Made by a program: the position numbers and the translations under genes. This document shows, piece by piece, positions 53,367 through 64,000 of a stretch of 64,000 bases of DNA; position 1 is the first letter of the stretch, and each line of letters opens with the position of its first letter. The stretch is from Tubiluchus corallicola. Taxonomy: Eukaryota > Animalia > Priapulida. Location of the stretch: NCBI GenBank assembly GCA_030141605.1, contig JAQGDQ010000193.1, positions 62,001-126,000 on the forward strand, given 5' to 3'. The notes beneath the pieces are model-generated. The model saw only the letters and a list, made by a program, of their open reading frames with translations. It was not told the origin of the DNA and did no database searches.

Positions 53367-56300
53367 TATTATTATTATTATTATTAGAATAGGGAGTAAC
53401 TCCATTGTGACGTCGAGATACAAAAATTGGCTAGAAAGTTAAAAACTTATTACATGAACCACGAGAACGAGAACAGCGCCACGGCGAAAAAGATGATTTT
53501 ATTGAGTTACGTCGAAAGCATGTAACCCCAAAACATTTTTGGTGGGGCAAAATACCTGGTTACTCAGAAACACTCAAATGAAATGATTTCTGAGTAATCA
53601 TTCACGGCGAACATAAAAATTTAATGGTCCAACAACGAAAGAAAGCCTTTTGTTATGATAGTTAATTGTTCACAGGAACTCTTTATTTACGGTGATATAG
53701 CGTGGCTATGAAAAAGCAATCATTTTATGTTCTGGAAATTCTTGCTTGACATTCCCCCAAAAAACCATTTGGAATACCAGATCTTGTCATAAAGGAGCGG
53801 GAAAGAAGATTAGGCCTGAAACCCATCAAATATCAATACTCCGCAATCTTCATTTTAGGCAGCCAGGTGCAGCTCAACGGTAGCGTGTCTGCTTCCGACC
53901 TGAGAGGTTGCAGGTCCAACTTCCGATCAATATACCAAAGTCTTAACAAAATAGTATGTTGAATCTTCGAGCAAACAAGCGAGCTTACCAAAGTAGTGCG
54001 CGGATAATAATATTCGAGACCAACTTGGAAATTACTACAGGCTGCATTGTAACAAAATTATTATTATTTATAAGCTGGTACAATAAAAAAAGAAAAGTGG
54101 AGTAGCGGAGTGAAGGAACTGGAGTGTAATGCAGCAAGTGGCATATACTTGCTGAGCAGATTACTGAAGAGATAGAAAAGTGTAGAGAAGTACTTAGCAT
54201 AAAAATTTTGTTTATAGACTAATAATCCTTAACACCAAAACGTTAACTCGTAAAAGTACAGCATCTAATAAATAAATAACAATGAAATGTTTAAAAGTGA
54301 TGCAAAATTAAAATTTAAGAAACTTCACATGCTGAAAAGCTCATCAAACTTCCTTACTCGGTTTACTTTGGTAATTTCAAACTGCATAATATGAAAACTT
54401 GAAAATGAAAAAACAATTAACAAGTAAATTTTCCAGAAACTCACCCGAAACAGACAAAGCTTGAATAAAAACGAACAATGTTAAAAAAGTACGCATCATT
54501 TTATAATTGTTTGAAAATGATTGCATAAAACAGACACAGTTCATAGCCCAAACTATATCAGCCATGACCACGAATTGGTCAGTATCAGAACTAAATACCG
54601 TCCTGTTCCTTAGGTCTCAGTATTATGTCAGCAGCAGAGTTTAGGAATCAAGAATTACCCAATCATGGTCCACATATAGTAAGAAACTGATACGAGCTTA
54701 GAAAACAGCAGCCAGACACATGGTCACTAGCAGCTGTTGTTATAAAAGCGTGGGAAAACAACGCAACACATTGAAGTTAGTGATTAAGCTGCATGCTCAT
54801 CCGGCTACGGTAAACCGGCAATAGAATCGAATGGCAAGCTGCGTTCTCATTAATGGCGTGCAACGGAACCGGCAAAAATACTGAATAGGCGAAAAAGAAT
54901 CGAACGTCACTCAAGTGCAAAATCCTTACAGACATACAGACAGACAAAGACACAGATTTATTGAAATCGTCATTTGAAACAGAATTTGATTAACTAACAA
55001 TTACGAAAAATAAAAATACGTATGAAGAAAAGTATCAGTGGTAGGCGTGCAGGAAAAAAGGATAGCAAAGGGCCAATTTGACATCTGAAACAAGATAGCG
55101 AAGGGCCAATTTGACATCGGAAACAGGATAGCGAAGGGCCAATTTGACATCTTTTGTCATCAATTAGCTAAAAAAAGCACTAACACGTAAGTGTAATCGC
55201 ATCTTATCAACGAGCTTAAATGACGTGGATTAAAAATATTGAAAAAATTCTATTTCTGTTGCATATGATAATAATTAAGGAAAACACAATCCAATCCAAG
55301 TTGACAAAGTTCCCCGAGAAAGCAATTCAACTAAGAGCTAATGTAGTGAGATGGTTATTGCAAAATAGGTGATGTATGTATGATGTTCTGATATTACTTT
55401 GTGTTTCTTTAAAACATTTTCTGTGAAACACCTGGCTGCTACCTCCACTACCCCCACATCAGTGAAACGTAAATGAGTATTTCTTGTAATTTTGTAAGTT
55501 GTCATGCTATGATGTTGTCTCTTTAACTAGGAGTTATTGGCATTATTGTCATTTGTAATTTATGTTGATATTATTTTTTGCATCGTAGAAATGTGTCACC
55601 ATACTAGAATATTTTGTTGTATTTTGTCAAATTTACATTTTTGCATAATTATAAATTGTATTTCCTATGTGTATTGCCAATGTACTAGAAGGCTATTTGT
55701 GCAAATAAACTGAATTGTATTGTAATGTATATTAAGCTTAATAAACTGCGAAATAAGTTCCTGTAGAATTGGTGGGATTGATTCTTCCGTTCTCCCCATT
55801 CGCCGGCACGTCTCTGTTACGGCAGAACTTTTAAAGCTTTACCAACCGAGGGCGCCACAATATCATACCACTAATTTATTATCCATGCTCACCTTTAACA
55901 TCATTTTGTATAATGTTAATTCTGAAGGGGAAAGAAAACGACTTAAAATCGCCAAAGTCGTTATTTATAACTTCTTTATAAAAAGCCAATTAATCTTGAC
56001 ATAATCATATTTAGGCCTCTATCATGAAGGGCGAAGATTTCAACGTTATACGCTTTTATTTCAACGTTAAATAAGTGTTCATTCATAACGTTAATCGTCA
56101 GAAATGTCATTTTTTCACATCTCAGTAATTCAAAAACCCAAAACAGAAGACGTTACAAGACTAAAAACTAAAAGAAAACTGCATAAAACGTTACAAAAAT
56201 TGAGTTTGCAACTGCACTGTACTAATCTTTAACTGTGCAAGAGAGCTCAACCCCGTGCATTCACATTTGCATTAAACTAATTAACATTCGATGATGTACA

Positions 56301-59300
56301 ATTAAAACGGCATTAAATTTCACATCTGACTGCTAAAACTATAAAACCTTTACAAATGATTAAGGCACATTCAGCAGACTGTAATGATCGCATTATAAAT
56401 GAAAACGGTTACGGTCATGTCATTAGAAAGCTGAGGAAACGGGTCGTTTGTCTAGACGTCGAGTATCGTTTATGCTGTCATAACGTAATCCTAGATCAAT
56501 GACGCATTTGCAATATGCATGCAGGCGGTAATAATTTTAAAAATAATGACCAATTTGGGAAGCTGGTGAACAAAGCGTCGTCTGGAACACGGGATATTAC
56601 CAGACAGGAGAGGTCGGCTGGCTCGGAGGAGGCAACGCACAGGAAAAAAGTGAAAAATGTACTGCCATCGACGAAAAGCAGTCGCCTGACGCTAGCTGAT
56701 GAAGTGATCAAGTATATAAACTGATGACAGTCTACTAAGAACTATTACAGTCACAAAAACAGAAAAGCTTCTGTTTATCTTATATTCTGAGAAAATAAGG
56801 TTTCCCGACGACTTATATTTGATGTCGTAGCGACTCTAATATAAATAGACACAATATTTTATAAGTCAGTCACACTAATTTGATTTCCAATTTTCTACGC
56901 AGCCAGTCGAGTGTACAAACGGACCAATGATGTTCACCTTGTGGTAAACTTTTACCACGGAGTTAGACGCTAATATTAGTGTTTAACTCTGTGCTGAGAA
57001 TAATTGAAGTTTTGCAGTCGCGTTCTTCTGGTATCATGCTGATTCACAAAGTAGTGGTTTAAAATTGCTGCCATATATTATATATGAATGTAAAATATGT
57101 TATATATAGAGCTATATTTTATACAAAGCGTTATATATAGAGCGTGATATGTAGGTGTAAAATCGCTGCAGACTGATGAAAATAAATTTGATGCCACTAA
57201 AATTCATGTGAATCGCATAAACTCCGTCAATAAATCCCTATTTAGTTCCTGCTGTGTTTGTCAAAATTACTTTTAAAAATAAACTTTTAAAAATAAAATG
57301 TTTAACAAAATTTTTAAAAATAACGACAGACTTTTGAAACATCCTGTACTTCTACGAGTGTTTATTATTGACAAAGTTTAAAACCAGGCAGTCAGATATG
57401 TACAGCCGTGAAAACCAGTAATCCCATTAAATTAGATGCAAAGATACATAAACCTAACAAGTAACACACATCTGCCAAACACTAAAACAGACCGACCCGG
57501 AGTTTCTCTCAAAACAGGTTCCTTCCCAGTTTCAAAATTTATTTACAAAATACCATTTGTTACGAAAATGTTAACGCTCATCCGGGCGAACAATTTAATA
57601 CACCTGTAATGCATACAATCCATACAGGTATTCGCATTAATGTACACCTGCAAAGTCGGGTATTCAATTTCATGTAGATCTGTACACACAGACATGCGGG
57701 TTGATTGACAATTGATTGGGTAATCCAGCCCCTTGATTACAAGTAAATAGTAGTGATTTCCAAGAAATGAAAATTAAGCATTATTATCAAACCAGACCGA
57801 GGAAAAGATTTCAGTGGTGGGCAAACCTACATCGATGTTCGATTTTAATACAACCTTGACCTTTAACCTTTTATTTCTATATTCATGTCAGATACCAAAA
57901 AATAAAGACAAACAATCTTCCGCCTTGTGTGCAAAGAAATTAATAAAATCACCAATCAATCACAGTCTCCAAAGATACTAAACTCACTTTTGAACTTTGG
58001 CCTTACACAGGGTTCCCTCAGAATTTTAAAATAAATTTCCCTGACTTTCCCTGACCAAATATTGATTTTTTATGACCAAGATAAGCAGAAACTGTATTAC
58101 TGATATACATATTCATACATCTTTGTGTAAGGAAATGAATACATATACGGATACATAATGTCGGCCAATCATTATTTTTAGAACTGAAATCGAAACTGGG
58201 AGCCTGTCAGGGCAAAATTTTATTTGAACTTGAATCGCTGAAAAATATGTTTGGAAAAATATAGGTTCACGGTGATTATTTTTGCAACCCTTTCCAATTT
58301 TCCTGATTTTTTTGCCCATTTACGTCATTTTCCCTGACTTTTCCATGACTTTCCAGGATAGCCTGTATTTTCAAGGATTTTCCAGCATTTTCCCTGACCG
58401 TGGGAACCCTGCTTACACCCGTATATTCAAACCAGGACCTTCTGATAGGAGCCCAATGCAAACGGCCAGCAGCATCCACAGAGACATTAGCTTCTACCAT
58501 TTTCAATAAGTCTGTAACCTTGACTTCCGACCTTTCAGCTCCACATTCTTTTTTCTTAATCTTTTATTTTTTTATTCTTTAAGGACCACGTAAGATCACA
58601 TAACAATCGAATACATTTTTAGAAATTACAATATAAAACTGCAAAAAACCTACAGAATTCTATGACGTTGTTTAAAAGCTACTGCCACATAAAATACGCA
58701 ACAAAACCAACGAAAGTATTGTGGACTGTTAAGATTTGAAACTACTGTCATAGCAGATCTATATGAATATAATGCAGTATTTAGATTTTGATTTTAGATA
58801 CAGTGTTTTACTAATTTGCCAATGACAGACAAGAACAATGTCATTCATGTCAACTAGAAGGTCAGGAAACCATTTCGAGTTGAATAGCTTGACCAAACGT
58901 GGTGATGTTAGAAATGGACATTTTAGCTTTACTGTTAACTAGATCACTGAATTTTTGTTCTGTATTTTTTTACATCAGATATAGTAACGTCAGCAGAATG
59001 AACCTTAAAATGAAAATCCGTGTCCTATCTGGTACTATAATAAGTTAACGGTGATAGTCCTTACGTTATAGCTTTCGTAGCCTCTGCTAGTACTGCTTTC
59101 ACTACTTAACTGGCACTACTACTGTGAAGCTTACATAGAAGTACATAGAAGAGATTAATCATCATCAGCTATTGGTACCCCTGCATCAATGTGCTAAATA
59201 TAGGTCAGAGAAAGCCATTAAGAAACCCAAACAAATCACCTAGCTCACATTAACAAGCCTACTATATTACCAGTAATGTACAAGCTCACAACTGATTCTG

Positions 59301-62300
59301 AGAAATATTATCCTACGCATGAATGTATTTACTAGCTTGTGATAGTAAATGACTTTCTGGGAACAAGTAATCAGTGACACGCACACAAATTACATGTATT
59401 CAGTTTGAAGCGAATAAACCAAAGCTTGTTGCATGCAATGCCAAAGAACACAAACACAAACCTTTGAAATGTACAGTTGTCAACCTAATCGATTAAAAAT
59501 TAAAAATACATGATTTATTACGGCTTTCCGATTAAGCAATGTTTTTGTTATCTTTATTGCAAGCAAAAAATTTATCAAAAATCAGAAAAAAATGAAAACT
59601 ATATCTATTGCAGTGTGTGCTTGACGGCTGAAGTTAAGCAACATTAAACTTGATGACAGTGGGAAGAGAACTGCTTCTGAGTGGTTTCACCAGCCAAACC
59701 AGCCTCAGTCATTTCTCTTATTGAGATGGTTTATGCGTTAGAAAGTTAGCCAAGAATCTCTTGTGGTTCAGAACTTCAGACGGTCACATTTGGAAGACTT
59801 ATGCTTAACAATGAGCATGGTCTCAAATCTCAATCCTATCATACTAATCTATAGTAGGCAGGCCCCAACCTTTGCAACACGACTCACAAAAACCTTCACA
59901 TTGCGTGTGAAAATCTACACTTTCCATAAAACACAATCACTGGATGGTAGTTACTCGTCATTTAGACGAGAGACACGAATCATCATAGGAAAACAATTCA
60001 ATACTTACAAGGAGGTTCTAGCACGGTAACGAGACTAGTATGATTCACGGCAGACTCTCCTCGCACGTGTCGATTTGACGCCTCACATGTGTATGTTGCT
60101 TGTTCGGTAGCATTTACATAGAGTGTAGAATTTGAGTAGAGTGTTTGCGTCTCTTTGTCTTTGATCTGAATTGTGAATATACAAGAAATTATGACACATC
60201 CGAAAGAAACTCTGCAAGGAGTGAGAGAAAGACTAACAAGTAACGAATTTGTCAAGTGAAACACCAAATTTCCTACATTACAGTAGAGTAGTAATTCAGT
60301 ACTTACTACACTATAATCTCTGTACAACCGTACAACAAGTTACTAAATGACAGGCCAGGGTATCGTTTGTTCTGTTTCTATATGACATACCATCGTGTAC
60401 ACATAGTCACATACATCGGAATCGATACTGGATTTGTATTGGAAACAATACTTATAAAAGCAATACATTCAATGACTATGAATTTAGTAGATGAACCATT
60501 TGTTATAGAGGAAACTGCAGTACTTCAGTGATTTGCTAAAACAGATGCGTGGTGCACTAATCATATTGAGAACTTATACCAATGAAATGACAAATGGCAA
60601 TTTACATTTCAAATGTCGGTCGCACCTGATAATTTTTTCTGAATTTTGTAACAAAAACTGACCTGCAAAAATCAAAAATTTGGGTGTAATTGCACCTGGG
60701 AAAATTGGGGGAAGTTCTAGTGGATTTTGCAGATAAAATACAAAAAATTCACATAAAATTTGATTCAATATACAGATCACTTCATGGAAAAATGATGTCC
60801 CGGGATAATTTTGAACTGAAAAAACGTACAGCGACATATCAATTACTGGTAACCAGGACTATTAAATAACATAACCTGAAGTTAGTAATTTTTGCATGCA
60901 GTACAAGCATGAGTTACTTTACATGACCAACTAATAAAATCACCTACTTGTTCGTCGTTTTTGAACCAACGAATAGATGGGACGGGTATACCAACAGCCT
61001 TACACTGGAGATTGATGACAGTACCCCATCGGACTGTGCGATTAGACGGCCCTTGGACGATGGTGGCTGGAGCTGTAAAACACAAAACAAGCACATGAAA
61101 CAACACTGATTATTTGTTTGCATAAAAAACCCTTAATTTTGTGTACATAAAAACTTATTTTTTGTGAGCATGCTATGCGGTAATCATCTCCAGTTTTTAA
61201 ATTAATAACAAGAACATCAAACTTACCTGTCAAAAAAAACAGAACATTTTACACATAACTTAGTATATGCACAATCCTGTTAAAGAGTTTTGATCATAAC
61301 ACTGCTGCAATGTCATAATTGGCTAAATTAATGCCTCTAAGTGAGAACTGTCGTTTGTTCCGAAATAACACCAACTTATCGAGCCTAAAAACATTAAGAA
61401 ATTACCTTGCACTGTCACATACGCAGATTTTGACTTGGCAACTGATTGGTCGGGTATCTTGGCTTCACAATGGTACCAATTCTCGTCCAAAACAAAAACC
61501 CGTTCAAACAACAAGCTGCCATTCTTTAGCACCCTGAAAACAAACTCTTGAAATGGAAAAAACTTTTCTAGTACTGTAAGCTATAAATAATTCATAAATA
61601 GATCAAGTTGTGTTGTTTTTGGCATATTTATAAAACGGTTAAATGAAACACTATGGAGCTAATGAGGAAACTGCTCATTATGCCAGTTCTCCTAAAGCGT
61701 TTTTATAGCTGAAATCTGGATATTATAAAAAAAACGCCGGATATTATAAAAAAACTGATGCAAATTTTTATCAGAATATTCCTTACAGTTGCAGTACTTT
61801 ACATTTGCACTGTACTGAGAAAAGTGAGGTAAGTAGCTTAGTGCAGTACAAACAAAAATTGTACAGTACCATATTAGCAAATAGCAATTCCAGGAAATGA
61901 AAATCAAAACCCAATCGAAAATTAAGACTGCTGCTGCTGCTGCAAATACACTTATGCATTTCTTTCCACATAGAATCACGCTTTGTCTGAATGCACAGTG
62001 AGTTTTGCAAAATAATATAAACCGGGAGTTATCTGTTGGTCGGTTCAGTATAACAAAACAAACTTAATACTTTCAGTAAAGTTTTGACTTCAATTACGTC
62101 TACACTCTGCAGTTACATTTTTTCATTGCACCTATTCTTATTCAATTTAAATTTAAAAATTTAATTATCCGCATAAATTACATTGCTACGACGACACAAA
62201 GTGAACAAAAAGTTAAAAAAAGAGGGAAAATCTACCTCTCTGCACGGAGTTTATTATTCTTGTCACTATACCAGCTAATCATTGGTGGCGGCTCTCCATA

Positions 62301-62374
62301 AGCTTCACATGGCAATAGCAACATTTCGTCAACCAGAACAGACACATTCCTTGGTCCCCGCAATATTATTGGTC
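44474..62374 (-). CDS. MUSK: MuSK/Nrk-type receptor tyrosine kinase (Ig-Ig-Frizzled CRD-Kringle-TM-kinase); 5' end beyond the window
   Basis: Exons 62374-62236, 61533-61406, 61072-60948, 60165-60009 (two Ig domains), 51090-51084 (micro-exon), 49653-49499, 48967-48838, 48209-48001 (Fz CRD: [26 protein letters not shown]), 47447-47359, 46570-46417 (kringle: NYCRNP..PWCFT), 45660-44474 (TM plus kinase: [56 protein letters not shown]). Confidence 0.93.
50515..50905. repeat. Minisatellite, ~8.5 units of 46-47 bp, each with an internal inverted repeat
   Basis: aaaactatgccattgccattttaactaacgtggcacttgaacattg variants; tgcca...tggca arms. Confidence 0.9.
52073..52170. repeat. Degenerate (CTTAC)n pentanucleotide tract
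   Basis: cttaccttaccataccataccctaacttac... Confidence 0.7.
53296..53386. repeat. (ATT)n microsatellite
   Basis: ~30 ATT units with one ACT interruption. Confidence 0.97.
53861..53945 (+). mobile_element. Degenerate tRNA-derived SINE head
   Basis: ggtgcagctcaacggtagcgtgtctgcttccgacctgagaggttgcaggtccaacttcc has tRNA-like D-arm/A-box and a decayed T-arm; no acceptor stem. Confidence 0.45.
54445..54499 (-). CDS. Putative alternative first coding exon (signal peptide) of the MuSK-like gene
   Basis: [19 protein letters not shown] followed by a consensus g|gtgagt donor in phase 1, matching the phase needed by the downstream micro-exon and Fz exon. Confidence 0.6.
55059..55152. repeat. Tandem repeat, 3 x ~33 bp
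   Basis: gatagcRaagggccaatttgacatc occurs three times. Confidence 0.9.
58008..58411. mobile_element. MITE with CAGGGTT termini, copy 2, flanked by a CTTACA direct repeat
   Basis: cttaca|cagggttccctcag...ccgtgggaaccctg|cttaca; homologous to 12954-13396. Confidence 0.9.
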
Positions 62375-63299
62375 CTGAAATAAATAAAATCATTGAAACA
62401 GAGATACAACAATTTATATTGACACTGAACTAAACAAGAGCCATGCTAAAATAAATGATCTCTTTTCTTCCGTTGTCTTCTACCTAGATGATGTATATAA
62501 TTTCCAATTTTAAGCTTTTAGTTTTTTAAAACATTAGATTAAGTGTCTAGTGAAGAGAAATTTCTCTTACGTTTGATGATGGTGCAATCCCACAATTAAT
62601 TAAATTTTGGTATGTGTTTGTGAAAATCATTAATATTGACCATGACATTAATATTGCAATAATCAATCAATTAGCTCTTAGGTTTCCATTCCAATGATCC
62701 AATGGGAGAAAATGTTTGAATTTCCTGGCACCTAATTAAAAAAACTATCATAGTAAAAATATGGTTTCTAACAAAACTCCATCCTCCTTGATGTATTTAC
62801 TCTTCTAATTACTTTATTTTACTACACGGATGTGGATAAAAATGAAATCACTCCACAATGTTTTTAAGCAAAAGAAATGAATATATGATTCATGCTTTTG
62901 CTTTCCGAGGTACACTCGTAATAGTGCGCTAACTTCGTATGTTTTCTAAAAACTTCCATCTACAATAAAAAATGACATAAAACAAGGACAAAGTTCTGAG
63001 AATCCTACTATAATATGCCAGTGTCAAGCATCCTCAGACAAGAAACCTCAGTGTAGGACCAAGACAGCGAATGCAGCCAAAAAAAAATTAGCTAGAAACC
63101 AAGAGGTTTGGCCGACTCCACGTACAGTATTTGATGTCCTGGGGCGACATTCGTTTAGAATAGATGTCCCTCTAAGACCAAAAGGCAAGAATGTTGTTAA
63201 CCTTGTTCTACAGACACAGCTAATCTGAGACAATGGCATGTACTAACGAACGTTGATTAGTTTTACATCCACTAGTCTATTACTAGCTTTCTTTAAGGG

Positions 63300-63700
63300 T
63301 GGATTTCTAAAGGCCTATTGTTTCCCCAATGTACCCAAAATCTCACTCTAGAAAGTTAGATATTAGAAAGAAAATATTATACCCGTTAGAAATATCACAA
63401 AAAACCACACAGGCACACACAGTAGTTGAATCTGCTTTAATTATAAACAATCCTAACTTGGCTTTAAATGAAAATCAAGATTTTGCTCCACAAAAGATAT
63501 TGTTTCCATAGATACTCGTACTTTTGTCATATTTTTTTCTTTCCAATTTTTAACCATTCTTTATATATTTCCTGACGACGGCTACTTGGTGTGCAATAGA
63601 AACGCTAGATTTTCATAATAAAAATTTAGATTTTTAATAAAATTTATATAGTAGGCTATTTATCAAACCGATTTTGCTCTTGTTGTAAACAATTTAAAGG
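63300..63700 (+). mobile_element. Penelope-like element 3' remnant (GIY-YIG C-terminus plus hammerhead-like motif)
   Basis: VVESALIINNPNLALNENQD resembles the E-S-x-x-I...P.LN end of PLE GIY-YIG endonucleases, followed by ctgacga...gaaac at 63572-63603. Confidence 0.5.
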
Positions 63701-64000
63701 CTTTATATATATATATATCGTACATATATAAGTATATATAAGTACATACATATATAGGTTAACTCATACACACAGGTTATCTTTAGTCTATTTTTACACA
63801 TCTTTCTAACTAGTCACAATTAGTGAGGCGACTCATACAAAGTATAAAACAACATGCTCTCCATGTAAAAACAACAGGTAGAATAATAAACTAATTAGCA
63901 TAGACAAAAATGAGTATACAGTTTATAAACGAGCTCGACTATGTACTTTTTACATAAAGCACTCTATGCTCTCAGCGCGATTAATTAAGTATTAAGAAAA

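Noticed and set aside
53200-53442. Poly-Ile ORF
   Set aside because: Translation of an (ATT)n microsatellite.
53861-53935. tRNA gene (also 22164-22240)
   Set aside because: No acceptor-stem pairing or complete cloverleaf; better explained as SINE heads.

Overview
AT-rich, intron-containing animal (invertebrate bilaterian, possibly lophotrochozoan) nuclear DNA. By hand-splicing GT-AG exons I find eight protein-coding genes. In order: the 3' part of TADA2B (+), intronless SNAPC3 (+), 11-exon AFG1L/LACE1 (-) head-to-head with ACAA2 (+), intronless ARL16 (+), spliced PSMG3 (+), intronless PHAX (+), and a MuSK/Nrk-type receptor tyrosine kinase (-) whose 5' end lies beyond the window. There is also a DHRS4-like processed pseudogene, many MITEs, SINE/LINE/Penelope remnants and minisatellites. 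The most notable observations are: (1) PSMG3 stops only 20 nt before the PHAX ATG inside one exon, and the PSMG3 ORF has no internal ATG in any frame, which suggests a bicistronic mRNA read by leaky scanning or reinitiation; (2) the MuSK gene appears to need a 7-nt micro-exon to stay in frame; (3) a signal-peptide exon inside the 10-kb MuSK intron would give an Ig-less, Nrk-like receptor isoform. Gene names come from recognised motifs, not database searches.
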